IMG/VR virus record: IMGVR_UViG_3300028591_000199
Coordinates: 4,163 to 68,162 of that record
From: a virus
Strand: one strand, 5' to 3'
DNA length: 64,000 nucleotides
Shown here: positions 19,643 to 31,081 of the stretch, piece by piece
Position numbering within the stretch: position 1 is the first letter of the stretch
Layout: each line of letters begins with the position of its first letter
Notes under the pieces: generated by a model
Told to the model about the DNA's origin: nothing
The model's input: the letters and a program-made list of their open reading frames with translations, nothing else
The model's database searches: none
Position numbers and translations under genes: made by a program

Positions 19643-22231
19643 TTAGATAAAATAATGTATTAATTGCCCATAAACAATTTCCACATTTGGAGTATAAATT
19701 AATAATTGTTTTTGAGGAATAGGAATAAAATCACCACTAATTATATAATTATTATAAACTGTTCCAGTTGGTTGAAAGGAACTAGTATTATAATCATAAT
19801 ATACTCCATAAATAGATTGTTGCAAACTATCCCAACATACGAATATATCTGTTCCTTGAATAGAAGTTTTAGGTGTCATAGGCGCACAGGTCATAATAGT
19901 TTGATAACTAGTCGTCCAGAAGCCTTCAGGAGGAGGTGTTTGATTATTCATCCGTATTTCTAAAGAATTATTTTGTAGCTGTTCTAATTTAAAATAAAGT
20001 TTTAAATGCCCAAGTATATCGCCAACATTATATGAAATAAATGAATATTGTGACTTTTCACTTGAAGCGCGACCTTGATTTTCATATGTAACAAAAGAAT
20101 CAGAAATACCAGATCGTGTTAAGATGGAACTTGCAGCATTAACGATCATTTCAACTGTAGTAGAAGTACTTAATAAATAATCTACACTATTGCTCCACTC
20201 ATCTTTATTAGTTAAATTCCAATTTGGAATTTCAGGTCTTAACATAGTAACTTTATTAACTATTGTAGGTCTATCTAAAATCCATGGAGAAGGTCCAGTA
20301 GGAGCACTGCTATCTTGCTTGCGCCAACTTCCAATTGCTTTGGCGGCAACAGTCTCATCAAGCATCTGGTTAAGATCTAACCAATCTTGTAGAAGAATGT
20401 TCTTTTGCTGAGCAGGATCAGCTAAACCAGTAGTAGTAAAATCATATAGTGTGCTTCCAGATTCTTGAGGCTGAACAAAGTAATTAGTGTTATCTAATAA
20501 ACTAAGACCTACTGTTGTATTGTAAAAATTTTGTAAACGTGCTTTTAAATTACTAATTTGTGCAGGCCAGTTGATCCCAGGCGAAGAAAACCAAGTATCA
20601 TAAGCATGCCATAAGTTTTGTGAATAGTCTTTAGTAGTAGTAGGATTGCTCCCCCAAGAAAAACCCCAGTTACTAAACGCAATACCATCAGTAAACTGAC
20701 CATTAAAAGCGCTTAAATCACTCCGTAAGTCATCAAGATTTGTTTCTTCCCAAATTCCAATATATTTATCTAGTTTAGCTAAAAAACTTCGGCATAAATC
20801 ATAATAGATTGGTTGTAATAAAATATCATAAATAGTATCTTCAAATGGAGACTGATATGGTGAAGGGATATGAGAGAATCCAATATTTGTAATGAAAAAA
20901 CTTAAAAAAGTTCTAAGAGCATAGTATGTTGAAGATTGGTTATAGTTAACTTCAAAATTTTTCCAATTAGCATTTGTATCTAATAAAATATTTTTTATAT
21001 ACTTCTTAAAATTAGAATAACTACTAATTATATTATATATTTCTTTCCTATATAAATTAATAGTATCTAAATTAGAAAATATTGGTTGAACCGTTCTGCT
21101 CGGCTCGCTTTGATCTAAATCACAAAGTAAAAAAGCAATAATACTATCTAGAATACTATAATCATAAGCTGGAGATAGCATATCATCATATCTATGCCAC
21201 CAAATTCCCATGAGACTTAAAAACGGTGAATAATTATTATTATTAATTTTTGTAATTTGACTTTCTACAATTCCAGTAGAAGTATATATAGAGATTGAAG
21301 TAGATTTTCCAGCTAACCAATCATCAAAAGATAAATTTGAAGTATAGGAAGAACCAGGATTGGCATTCCCATTGACCCAAACATTTTTATAACCACTTAA
21401 AGCTTCCCAAGTTCTTTTTGTACAGTAATTCCCCTGTAAAGGAGATTCTGCACCAGGAAATACATCTTCATACTCTATATAAGAATCAATAATACCTTGT
21501 ATTTTATTTTTAATTTTATCTTTAGTATAACAATTAAAAATTAAATCTGCGCCGACCCATCTAACTTGATCAGTTGTTATATTCCCAGTAGCAATCTCTT
21601 CAACTACCATCATTTTTTCTAAAGTAGGTATATATTGTTTTGGTATGAGCGCACTTAAATTAACTTTATCTTGAGTAATTCCATTCTCTAACTCAGGCAA
21701 GGTGCTAGCCAAAGCACGCGCGTAGCCATCATAACAAATAAAATTTAAAGTTCCTTCTCCTTTATAAACCCTTTCTATTTGTTTAGTATCTGTTGATATA
21801 TTCTTACCTAATTGATGGTTATGTATAATTGTTGAAGTGCTTCTATCTCCGACTTCCTTATCAAAACATAAAACCTTCCATTGCGGCGGAGACTGTAATT
21901 TACACCTATACGCTTTATAAGGTAATTCATCAAATATCAAATATCCAGTTTTTTTAGGGTCAAAATGTAACCGTAATTGATGATATAGCGTTTCATTTAA
22001 TTCATCAAAAGCAACATTTATAGTAATTGGTCTCTGTGTATAATAACTATCCCAATATAATGTGCCATCCCGTCCCGGCAATGTTTGAGTATTATCTTTA
22101 AATGCAGGTGTAAGCGTATCATCGTAACGAGAGCCATTACTGACTCGCATTAATTTAAATTCTGAACTATGCTTTCCATCAAACCAAAACCCAATAAAAT
22201 CTTGAGTTGGAATGCCGTTTGCTCCAGCCAT
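19643..22231 (-). CDS. distal tail (Dit)-like protein with large internal insertion
   Basis: F-FDGKHSSEF, PGRDG, GYLIFDELPYKAY, GTLNFICYD; directly downstream of the tape measure gene. Confidence 0.7.
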   Translation of the reverse strand: MAGANGIPTQDFIGFWFDGKHSSEFKLMRVSNGSRYDDTLTPAFKDNTQTLPGRDGTLYWDSYYTQRPITINVAFDELNETLYHQLRLHFDPKKTGYLIFDELPYKAYRCKLQSPPQWKVLCFDKEVGDRSTSTIIHNHQLGKNISTDTKQIERVYKGEGTLNFICYDGYARALASTLPELENGITQDKVNLSALIPKQYIPTLEKMMVVEEIATGNITTDQVRWVGADLIFNCYTKDKIKNKIQGIIDSYIEYEDVFPGAESPLQGNYCTKRTWEALSGYKNVWVNGNANPGSSYTSNLSFDDWLAGKSTSISIYTSTGIVESQITKINNNNYSPFLSLMGIWWHRYDDMLSPAYDYSILDSIIAFLLCDLDQSEPSRTVQPIFSNLDTINLYRKEIYNIISSYSNFKKYIKNILLDTNANWKNFEVNYNQSSTYYALRTFLSFFITNIGFSHIPSPYQSPFEDTIYDILLQPIYYDLCRSFLAKLDKYIGIWEETNLDDLRSDLSAFNGQFTDGIAFSNWGFSWGSNPTTTKDYSQNLWHAYDTWFSSPGINWPAQISNLKARLQNFYNTTVGLSLLDNTNYFVQPQESGSTLYDFTTTGLADPAQQKNILLQDWLDLNQMLDETVAAKAIGSWRKQDSSAPTGPSPWILDRPTIVNKVTMLRPEIPNWNLTNKDEWSNSVDYLLSTSTTVEMIVNAASSILTRSGISDSFVTYENQGRASSEKSQYSFISYNVGDILGHLKLYFKLEQLQNNSLEIRMNNQTPPPEGFWTTSYQTIMTCAPMTPKTSIQGTDIFVCWDSLQQSIYGVYYDYNTSSFQPTGTVYNNYIISGDFIPIPQKQLLIYTPNVEIVYGQLIHYFI

Positions 22232-22323
22232 TAATTCCTCCTTTCATCTCAATAGATTTAAATTCTATATTCCTATTATAAGTATAAAAATTTAAAACTT
22301 ACTTTATATTTTTACTTACATGA

Positions 22324-22350
22324 CGCGCGATTAAATTTTATAATCGCGCG
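22324..22350 (-). terminator. hairpin after tape measure gene
   Basis: CGCGCGATTA-loop-TAATCGCGCG inverted repeat. Confidence 0.55.
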
Positions 22351-22362
22351 CCTTATAAGCAA

Positions 22363-25300
22363 TTAACGTAACCAATTTATAGACTGCACATTACGATAAT
22401 TTGCATCTTCTACAATTTGAGACTTAATACGATCTGCAAGTTGATCGACCGCATAATCACTATCGAGTTCTGCGTCGATGTGAATGTCGAAGTAATTATC
22501 TCCAGATGCCATCTGGAAGAGACGCTCAAAGCGATCCATAAGATCGACACGAGATACATAGAGGTCAAGAGCAGAGGATTTACCAGTAAGAGCATTAACA
22601 AGTTCAAGAAATGCAGAGGTTTGCTCAGCATTAAGGACATATTCGGGTTTGGAAGGTGTCCCATCGAGCCATGCAGGACCGGTTGTAGATGAAAGACCAC
22701 CAGTTGCATAGGCAGTCATAACATTTTTGCCTCCGCCTTTTCCTTGTCCTTTCCAGTATTCATCAGCCCATTTATACAACATTGTTTTTTGCTCAGGAGT
22801 TAATGGCATCCAAGCATCTTGTACAATTTGAGGTAATTTCCCCCAACGCTTTAATTGATCCGAAGTTAAATTATATTTACGAATAAAAGCTTGCATACGA
22901 ATTACAGGATCGGCAGTCTCTGGAGGAGCAGGATATTTACCTCCACCGCCTCCACCGCTTCCATTACTTCCGCCGCCTCCGCCGCTTCCGCTTCCACTCG
23001 CGTTATTATAAACAATAGTTGTATTTCCACCAGGTTCTATACCTTCAACTGCTTTTTTAATGTCATCTTCTTTTGTCTTAATATCATTATAAGCACCTTT
23101 AATATACTCTTCATTTAACTCATCCGTGCCTTCTATAACATCTGTCCACTTTTTATATAATGCATCTTTGTCTAATGCTTTAGTAAACGGATTCTGAGAA
23201 GGGTCGTCATTTGCCAATAATTTTCCAAATTTAGTATTTTCTAATTCGACTCCATTCGCTTGTAAATTTTGTGTTTCTGTAACTAAATTTTTTACATCTT
23301 GCCAAACCATGCCACTATCTTTCCACCACTGTAACTGAGCTTCTAATGTCTGAATCTGCATCTCTCTTTGCTGCGCCGCTTTTTCATTATCATTACTTAA
23401 CTTATCAAGTGCTTGGTCAACAAGTTCATCTTCATATTCACTGCGCGCGTCATCTAATTCTTGCTGTAACTGCATAATCTCTAATTGATTACTACCAGAA
23501 GTATCGCGTTGTAAATAAGCAAGACGGGCTTCTTTATCTGCGATATCTTCTTCTTTCTTCGTATTATCACGAATCTGACGTTCTAATTCAATAGACTCTT
23601 GCATAGCATCAAGAATATTAGAGTTCGCTTCATTAATAGCATCATTAACAGCACTTAATTCATCAATGCGATCTTGTTGTTCTTTTTCCAAAGCCGCCGC
23701 AATCTGATCGTATACATCAGCCGCGTTAGATAGAACTTCTTTTCTCAAATCAAGCAAACTTTGCTCAATCTCCCAAAGTGATTCTTCTGACTCATACATT
23801 GTATCCAAAACTTCTTGAATCTTATCAACATACGCATCAAGCGCCGCACCTTGATCAGAGCGGTTTGGATCATTTTCAATCGCTTTTGCAAATTCTTCAT
23901 CAACTTGAATGGTTCCATTAGTCCAATCAATTTGTACTGCACCAGTTACACCCCATTCATCAAAGGTTTTACGATTTCCGTTGGAATCTTCGTAAATGCT
24001 AGAACCTAAGCCAGCCGCTTTATTGCGCGCCGCTTCATTAATTTGGCGTTGGAGTTCTGCTTCTTTTGTGAGTGAATCGACCCGCGCATGGTAATTATCA
24101 ACTATATCTTGATTAGTTTTCCAAGCACCGTTAAGGAGTTCATTGTGTTCATGTTCTAAGCGATTGCGTTCGCGCAGAAGTGAATTTTCTTCTTGTTGGA
24201 GATTATATAAGCGGTCATATTTATTATCCCAATATTTTGGTTTTTCAGAACTGCCGCCACCACCGCCGCCGGATCCTTTACCTGCATTTTTCGCACCAGC
24301 AGTTTTATTAGCAAATGAAATGCCACCACCACCAGAACCGGTAGACGTCAATGTCTTAACAACAGGAACTTTAGTAGTAACTTCATCTTTCCAATCACTA
24401 CTCATAGGTACGCTAATATCACCTACAGACCAGCTACCTGTACCATGATGTTCTACCGTTTGTTCAGCAGTTTCCTCAGTAATTTCAGCATCAAATCCCA
24501 TCAATCTAAACATCTCAGAAACTTGATCCTTAGTTAACCCAGCCGTGGCGATCATTTCATTACAAGACTTAATAAAGTCCTGATCATCTAATTTCGCTCC
24601 AACTTCTAACTGAGGTAAATCAATTTGATTTAAATAGGTAGAAAATGCTTCAATGGCTTGTTTGCCTTCTGCAGTTTTAACTTTTAGCCCACCTAAATAA
24701 TCTATTGATGCAGCCTTCTGTAATTTTTCAATCGCTTCTACATCACCTTCAGCCGCTTTCTTCAGCGCTTTCATATTCTCTGCATTGTTCCAGAAGTCTT
24801 TTGATAAGTCTTGTGATGTATTCAACATCAAATTCACAGATTTCTTTAATTCATTAAATGCAGCTATATCTTCTGAAGTAGAAGCTTTGATAAGACCTGT
24901 ATCTTTATCAATAAGTTCAGTCCAAGTATCATAGGAATCAATGATTTGTCCTAAACCAGTATTAAGTTTTGTATTGGCTAGCGCCAACATTGTAACAAGT
25001 TTTTCTTGTCCTTCAAGATATGGATTGAGGTCAATGATGGCTTGGCGCATCGCATTAAATTCTGCGACATCACCGCCCATGTCAGTAATCTCATTCTGCG
25101 CCGCCCAACGTACTGCTTCAGGTGTAGAATCTTCACGACTATATAATTCAGCAGCAGTTGATTGAGTAGATGTTAAAAGATCAACTGTGTCTTGTAAGGT
25201 TTTTAAGATTACATCTTGATTATCATAAGCATCTTTACGAGAATTATATTCAGCTTCAAGTGCTTGGAGGAAATCTTCAGTCGTTCCATAATCTCCAGGA

Positions 25301-28300
25301 CGTATGCCAAGTTTATCTACTAATGTTGCCATTGAACCAAGGCCGCCGAATATATTATTATTACCACTAGTAAATTCTTGGAAGGTTTGCCCACTACCAA
25401 AAATTTCCTTATCAGACTGAATCTGTTCTTTAAAAGTATCCAAAGCTAATTGTGCTTCTTCAATGTTAGCTTCTTGTAGTGCTCGTTCAATATTTTTTCT
25501 TTCACTTTCAGGTATCTGCCATCCTTCAACAGTTAATGTTAATATACCTTTTATATCAATTCCTTGATCTATTAATGCTTGTACATCTTGTTCAGTACCT
25601 TTGCCTTCTACTAATCTATCAATCAATTCTTTATTACCCTTAAATTGATTCATAAATAAATTAGTAAGTGAAAGTGCTTCTTGTAAATCTTTAATATACA
25701 ACTTCGCGCCTGCCGTCGCGGCATCCCAAAATGCTTTAATCTCAGTATCCTTTACACCCATGTTACGCAATTCATCCATTAATGCTAACATAGAGCGCAT
25801 ATCAGATAAATCAGTAGAGGATAAAAGTTTTCCTAGAGAAGCTTGCTGTTCACGGTTCAAGCCAGATTTATTTACTAAACCAAGTACCGATTCAGCATAA
25901 GCTTTACCTTCTGCTTTAGGCATAGACTCAACTTGATCTGCTAAAGCAAGAACTAAAGTATTTGAGAGTTTTTCAGAATCTTCTTTCCTAATACCAACAC
26001 CTTGAAGAATTTCAGTTGCTTCTTTAAAAGCTTCTTTCAGTTCCTTTGCTTGAGACTGAATTGTAGCACTTAGCATATCTGTTGCTTCTACTATATAAGG
26101 AACTGCATTGCCGGATACATTTTTAATAATATCTTGCTGTTCTGCACTCAAATCCTCAAACTTCATAGTTTGGAATCCTAATGCCTCAGCCATTTCTTTT
26201 TCAGTATTATATCCAAGTTGTTGAGCAAATTGTTTTAATTGTTCATCTACATCGTCAGTTAAATCTGTCATCTCATCAATAGTACGCTCTCCAAACTGAC
26301 CAGTAATTAAAGCAGCTAAGTCAGATTGATCTGTCTGACTCAAACGTTTTTGCATCCGAGTAAGAAAATCATCAATATTTTCTCCCATCTGCTTCATTAT
26401 ATCCATTTGAGCAATAGCTAATTCTAATTGATCTTCACCAAGTTCAGTATCTACTTGTGAAAGTTCAATACCTTTCATCGCGGCGTAGATTACTCGGAGA
26501 TCATGCTTACGATTTTTATTATCACCAATTAAATCGGTGTCCATATTTATATTATACTCTTCCGCAATACGCTGATAAGTCTCGGAATCTTTTATGCCAC
26601 CTTGATATGCAGCAATACCTCCTGCAGCCATACCTCCAGATAGATGCCCAATAGTTATATAATTTATTAAACTATCAGAAATAGCTTTAGTTAATTGATT
26701 ACCATTAATATTACTTGAAATAGCATTTACTATATCAGAGCTAAATTCATATCCTAAATTAGTATCACTAAGAGTACTACCAAATAATGCAGCTAATTGA
26801 GTTTGTGTTTCTTTATTAGCTTTACTTAGTGTTTGTGTATATTCTTGGATGCTATCTTCTGCATCTTTTAATGATTCTACTGTTACGCCTAATTCATCAG
26901 CTAAACTTTGAAGGTTATCCTCGCTTAACCACAAAGAAGGATTATCTAAAAATCTAGCACTAATAATGTCAGCAGCTTCTGCAAGATCTAGATTAAATGC
27001 GGATGACAAAGATGTAGGATCTAAAACATCCCTTAAATTTTTCGCAAATGTATCACGTGCCACTTTTGTAGTGAAAGACTGTAAACGTATATTGGCGGCT
27101 GCCGCTCCAGCATTAGCAGTAACCATTCTACGGCGGCTTAAATTTTCTGCCTCAGTCCATCCAGCTTCAGATATAATAAGACGCCCATCTTCAAAGCTTG
27201 TATATTGTGCGAGTGTAGAATATTTTTGAATTAGATCTAAAACTTCTTGATTAGAATCGCGTAATAATTGATACCATTCTCTAGTGCCTTTTTGCGCTTC
27301 TTCAAGGGATTTTTGTAATTCATTATATTTATTATGATCTTCAAATAAAGCATCGTAAGCGTCTTTCGCTAATTTTGCTTCCTCTTCTGCCTTAGACGCA
27401 GCTTCTTTGGCTTGTTCTAATTGATATGTTAAAGAATTTTGATGCACTGCTTTCGCAATAAGTGTGATCACAGCAATTAAGCCCACAAAAGCAAGAGTAA
27501 TTGCTAAAATTGTGGTTAAGAAAGCACCCCAGCTTAAATTAGCCATCCAACCAGCTGTTTGTGCTTTTAATCCAGCTCGAATAGCTCCTTGCCCAAAAGT
27601 ATCCCACAGAACTTTAATAACAGGAATTAATGTACCAACTAACATCAATCCTGTGCCAAGTAATGAAATGATTTTAGTTAAGCCTTCAGGCGCACCAAGA
27701 TTACTAAGAATTCCACTAAACATCATAAGTGCCATACCAGCACCTTGAAAAGCAGAGGCCATAGCTTGGGCACGTTTATTTACTATTTCTGTAGCAGTAG
27801 GTATGCTTTGTAATTCAGCTTTTAAGCGCTTGGCAGCATCATCACTTAAATTTAAATTAGCAATTAATTGATCTAATTGTTCCCCACTTAATTGACCGCT
27901 AGTAAGTTGCTGTTGAAGCATTTTAGCGTTTTCTGATAAATGTTCTCCTTCGATACCAGCCTGCTTTAATGCATTTTTAACATGGTCAATTTGTTGAGTA
28001 ACAGTCTTTGAGAAAGCAGTTTTCAGCGTATTAACAAAAGGTAACGTAGTCGCTTTTGCAATACCTTTCATTCCACCGCCGTTACTGTTAACGGCTTGTG
28101 TAAATTTATCCTTAAAAGCCATACCACTTTCAGTACCAGCCTTAGCAAATCCAGCTTTAATATTAGCAAATAGTTTAAGAAATAAAGCTTTACCACCCTT
28201 AAACAACATAATGCCAGTTAAAACTTTAGTTAAACTACCACCTAATCCCGGTAATGCATTGGTAGCTTTATCTACAATAGTAATTAAGTCAGTTAAAACG

Positions 28301-30174
28301 CCAACTACAAACTTAATCGCAGTAGAATCTGTAATACCCATAAGGAATGTATCCCAAGCATTCTTTAACTGCGCCAGCTTAGTCTCCAATGACTCTAATG
28401 TCTTCTCAAATTGTTGTTGAGACTCGCCCGCCGCATTATTCGCGATACTCACTAATTCTTGAGTACGCTGATAATCCGACATCATAGCAATAAAACGAGA
28501 CTGTTGACGAGAACCAGCAGCCATCGTAGCGATATATCTTTGAGTTGTTAAATCAAGTGTGTTCCACTTAGAAGCCAACTCCATAAATATATCATCTAAC
28601 CCCTTCATACCGGTTAGATATTCATTTAAATTAATACCCGCAACACGAAGCGCCGCAGATACCTTATTAACATTTATTTCTTCGCCCTCAATATCTCCCA
28701 TCAATTCGCCTTGAGAATAAAGCGATTTAACTTCAGAGAAACGAGCAATAACAGTCTTCAACGCAGTACCAGCGGTTTCTGCCGATTCACGCGTAGTTTC
28801 AATAATTTGCGATAAGAACGCCGCAGTATTTTCAAATGACATATTCGCGTTATTAGCAAGCGAAGCCACTTTGGTCATAGCGGTTGAAATTTCATCAACA
28901 TTCGACGCAGTACGCGCAGCCAAAGCAGAATAAACATCATTAATATTCTTCGCAGTAGTTTCATTAATTTCCATATTGAAACCACGAAGAGCGTTTGTCA
29001 TACGGTCAGTAGCATCTGCAGCGTCAAGTCCTGCAATACGAGCCATCTTCAAAGTTTCATTAGAGACTTGCATAACTTGGTTCGTATTTAAACCTTGCTG
29101 GTAGAATAACGTTGCTGCCTCATATGCATCATGTATTGAAATACCAAGTTCATTCGCGCGCTGAGTATACATAGGTAACTGTGCCCACATATCACCAACA
29201 TCAAATTTTGTAACAACTGCAGTTTCTGTCATAACTGCATCGAGGTCTTTGACAGTATCAAATGCAGATTGTACAGCGCGCTTGAAGAGTTGGACTGCAT
29301 TATTTAAGCCAAAGAAATAAGCAACTCGATTTTTAAATTGATCGAGTTCATCACCAAGTGCATTGGTCTGGTGAGCAGTCTCACCCATAGCATTGCCAAA
29401 GTCACGCGTGCCTTGCGCCGCCTGACCCACTTGTTCAGGAAATTTACCATAAGCTTGTTCAAGTTCAGTGCGTAAACGCTCTATTTCTTGCTCAAGTTCT
29501 TTATTTTTTGCGATGAGTTGATTTTCTGTTTGTGCTGCTTCGCCAGTATCAGAAGTCATCGCCTCTAAAGCTTCACTATAAGCTTTAACAGCATTTCTAT
29601 ATATAATCCAACTTTCTGTTTGATCTCTTTTAGCTTTCTCTGCTTTATCTAATTCTGTTCTTAAACGACCTAAAGACTTCCCTGCCGCGTCGAAATTTCC
29701 TTCTTTAAACTGCTCAATAAAATTTTGCCAAGACTTAGCATTGCTAGGTGGTTGTTTACTAAATTCTTGTATTTTTTCTAATTGTTCAGTTCTAAGATTA
29801 CTAAGCTTATTCTCTAACTCTCCAATTTCTTTATTTAAACTTTGAACCTTGGTCGAGTCAAAATCCCACTTAATATTTTGGAAATCAATCTTCCCAACTG
29901 TTTGTTGTAACTGTATAAAATCCGCATTAATGCGTTTCATCGCATTATCGAAATCAGTTACATTACCTTTAGACTTAAAACCAGAGTTTATGGCATTAGT
30001 TGCTTTTGCCACATTATTTTCCATATCATTGAAAATTTTACTAAATTTACCCTGTAACTCTGGCGGCAATTTTAGTTGACTTAATGCATTTTGAATTTGT
30101 TTTATATTACTTGTAACATCACTTATATCTGCAACTGTTTTTAATGTTAAAGTAATAGTTTTTGCATCAGGCAT
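22363..30174 (-). CDS. tail tape measure protein (2603 aa)
   Basis: TP901-type core (LDAVMTE..V, ETAGTALKT, AGSRQQSRF), TM segments, coiled coils, C-terminal YATGG..GPAWLDGT..PEYVLNA. Confidence 0.92.
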   Translation of the reverse strand: MPDAKTITLTLKTVADISDVTSNIKQIQNALSQLKLPPELQGKFSKIFNDMENNVAKATNAINSGFKSKGNVTDFDNAMKRINADFIQLQQTVGKIDFQNIKWDFDSTKVQSLNKEIGELENKLSNLRTEQLEKIQEFSKQPPSNAKSWQNFIEQFKEGNFDAAGKSLGRLRTELDKAEKAKRDQTESWIIYRNAVKAYSEALEAMTSDTGEAAQTENQLIAKNKELEQEIERLRTELEQAYGKFPEQVGQAAQGTRDFGNAMGETAHQTNALGDELDQFKNRVAYFFGLNNAVQLFKRAVQSAFDTVKDLDAVMTETAVVTKFDVGDMWAQLPMYTQRANELGISIHDAYEAATLFYQQGLNTNQVMQVSNETLKMARIAGLDAADATDRMTNALRGFNMEINETTAKNINDVYSALAARTASNVDEISTAMTKVASLANNANMSFENTAAFLSQIIETTRESAETAGTALKTVIARFSEVKSLYSQGELMGDIEGEEINVNKVSAALRVAGINLNEYLTGMKGLDDIFMELASKWNTLDLTTQRYIATMAAGSRQQSRFIAMMSDYQRTQELVSIANNAAGESQQQFEKTLESLETKLAQLKNAWDTFLMGITDSTAIKFVVGVLTDLITIVDKATNALPGLGGSLTKVLTGIMLFKGGKALFLKLFANIKAGFAKAGTESGMAFKDKFTQAVNSNGGGMKGIAKATTLPFVNTLKTAFSKTVTQQIDHVKNALKQAGIEGEHLSENAKMLQQQLTSGQLSGEQLDQLIANLNLSDDAAKRLKAELQSIPTATEIVNKRAQAMASAFQGAGMALMMFSGILSNLGAPEGLTKIISLLGTGLMLVGTLIPVIKVLWDTFGQGAIRAGLKAQTAGWMANLSWGAFLTTILAITLAFVGLIAVITLIAKAVHQNSLTYQLEQAKEAASKAEEEAKLAKDAYDALFEDHNKYNELQKSLEEAQKGTREWYQLLRDSNQEVLDLIQKYSTLAQYTSFEDGRLIISEAGWTEAENLSRRRMVTANAGAAAANIRLQSFTTKVARDTFAKNLRDVLDPTSLSSAFNLDLAEAADIISARFLDNPSLWLSEDNLQSLADELGVTVESLKDAEDSIQEYTQTLSKANKETQTQLAALFGSTLSDTNLGYEFSSDIVNAISSNINGNQLTKAISDSLINYITIGHLSGGMAAGGIAAYQGGIKDSETYQRIAEEYNINMDTDLIGDNKNRKHDLRVIYAAMKGIELSQVDTELGEDQLELAIAQMDIMKQMGENIDDFLTRMQKRLSQTDQSDLAALITGQFGERTIDEMTDLTDDVDEQLKQFAQQLGYNTEKEMAEALGFQTMKFEDLSAEQQDIIKNVSGNAVPYIVEATDMLSATIQSQAKELKEAFKEATEILQGVGIRKEDSEKLSNTLVLALADQVESMPKAEGKAYAESVLGLVNKSGLNREQQASLGKLLSSTDLSDMRSMLALMDELRNMGVKDTEIKAFWDAATAGAKLYIKDLQEALSLTNLFMNQFKGNKELIDRLVEGKGTEQDVQALIDQGIDIKGILTLTVEGWQIPESERKNIERALQEANIEEAQLALDTFKEQIQSDKEIFGSGQTFQEFTSGNNNIFGGLGSMATLVDKLGIRPGDYGTTEDFLQALEAEYNSRKDAYDNQDVILKTLQDTVDLLTSTQSTAAELYSREDSTPEAVRWAAQNEITDMGGDVAEFNAMRQAIIDLNPYLEGQEKLVTMLALANTKLNTGLGQIIDSYDTWTELIDKDTGLIKASTSEDIAAFNELKKSVNLMLNTSQDLSKDFWNNAENMKALKKAAEGDVEAIEKLQKAASIDYLGGLKVKTAEGKQAIEAFSTYLNQIDLPQLEVGAKLDDQDFIKSCNEMIATAGLTKDQVSEMFRLMGFDAEITEETAEQTVEHHGTGSWSVGDISVPMSSDWKDEVTTKVPVVKTLTSTGSGGGGISFANKTAGAKNAGKGSGGGGGGSSEKPKYWDNKYDRLYNLQQEENSLLRERNRLEHEHNELLNGAWKTNQDIVDNYHARVDSLTKEAELQRQINEAARNKAAGLGSSIYEDSNGNRKTFDEWGVTGAVQIDWTNGTIQVDEEFAKAIENDPNRSDQGAALDAYVDKIQEVLDTMYESEESLWEIEQSLLDLRKEVLSNAADVYDQIAAALEKEQQDRIDELSAVNDAINEANSNILDAMQESIELERQIRDNTKKEEDIADKEARLAYLQRDTSGSNQLEIMQLQQELDDARSEYEDELVDQALDKLSNDNEKAAQQREMQIQTLEAQLQWWKDSGMVWQDVKNLVTETQNLQANGVELENTKFGKLLANDDPSQNPFTKALDKDALYKKWTDVIEGTDELNEEYIKGAYNDIKTKEDDIKKAVEGIEPGGNTTIVYNNASGSGSGGGGGSNGSGGGGGGKYPAPPETADPVIRMQAFIRKYNLTSDQLKRWGKLPQIVQDAWMPLTPEQKTMLYKWADEYWKGQGKGGGKNVMTAYATGGLSSTTGPAWLDGTPSKPEYVLNAEQTSAFLELVNALTGKSSALDLYVSRVDLMDRFERLFQMASGDNYFDIHIDAELDSDYAVDQLADRIKSQIVEDANYRNVQSINWLR

Positions 30175-30196
30175 TTGCCATTCCTCCTAAAATAAA

Positions 30197-30231
30197 AAAT
30201 TGACACTAACATATAAAGTTAATGTCAATTT
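30197..30231 (-). terminator. intrinsic terminator
   Basis: AAATTGACA.TAAC-loop-GTTA.TGTCAATTT with T run on the minus strand. Confidence 0.6.
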
Positions 30232-30236
30232 ATATC

Positions 30237-31016
30237 TTATAAGTCACTAGTAAGATCATCAGATAAATAATACCATTCACTTACATAGCTATCTCCTCTT
30301 GAACCCACTGGAACGCCAATCGCTTGGAAGTTCGCCACAATCGGACTTGCTTGCGCGCCCAGCCTTATAGATAAATCAGACATTAACTTGAGATGGGGTA
30401 TTTTTATAAGCCCCGTCACAACTTGTCCAGTTGTATCATCCTTTACACGCGTTTGACCTTCTAAGGATACATAACCATTTATGAGGCGGCGCCCTATAGT
30501 CAGAAGAGTTCCTTTTCCTTGATAGTCAAATTCGTAATCCACAATCACATTTGTATATGGACTAGAAATTAAAAGTTTCTTTCCATCTTGGGTGAAATTT
30601 ATCGAAGTACCAGTTGAAGCATCGTATACATATATATTATGCGCCGGTGTATATTTACAAGTAATATAACCATTTGCATCACTTTCTAAATATTCACGTT
30701 GTGTAACTAGTATTCCATAGTTTGCACTTATCTCATACATTTTCGCATTAGTAAGAAGTGAGAATTGTTCTTTTGAAAAGACTCCTCGACTAAAAGAAAG
30801 TTGAATTTCTTTTGTTGTATCCCACCACACATGCGCACGATTATCAAATCCGCCGCGCGCCGCAACACGTGAGCGCAATTCTTGTAAGCCAGCGATTTGA
30901 ATTTTATCGAAATATAAGAGAGTTTCACCGGGTTGGAAATGTTTTTTTCCTATATCCATTTCATAAGTAGCTTTTAAACGAACTGACTCGAAATCTTTAA
31001 AACTACCTTGTTCCAT
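30237..31016 (-). CDS. second tail-tube-like protein (paralogue of 31082..31957)
   Basis: LYFD..ARGG..W-D..KEI..FS and G-T..IP-K..S motifs align by eye with the neighbouring gene. Confidence 0.6.
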   Translation of the reverse strand: MEQGSFKDFESVRLKATYEMDIGKKHFQPGETLLYFDKIQIAGLQELRSRVAARGGFDNRAHVWWDTTKEIQLSFSRGVFSKEQFSLLTNAKMYEISANYGILVTQREYLESDANGYITCKYTPAHNIYVYDASTGTSINFTQDGKKLLISSPYTNVIVDYEFDYQGKGTLLTIGRRLINGYVSLEGQTRVKDDTTGQVVTGLIKIPHLKLMSDLSIRLGAQASPIVANFQAIGVPVGSRGDSYVSEWYYLSDDLTSDL

Positions 31017-31039
31017 TTTGGTTTTCTCCTATAAAGAAT

Positions 31040-31063
31040 GGTGGAGGCGTTTCCACCTCCACC
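31040..31063. terminator. hairpin after major tail gene
   Basis: GGTGGAGG-CGTTTCCA-CCTCCACC. Confidence 0.6.
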
Positions 31064-31081
31064 GTTTTTTGAATTATTTAA

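Noticed and set aside
22960-24340. CCGCC repeats in the tape measure gene
   Set aside because: They encode Gly/Ser linkers (GGGGS), which are ordinary in tape measure proteins.
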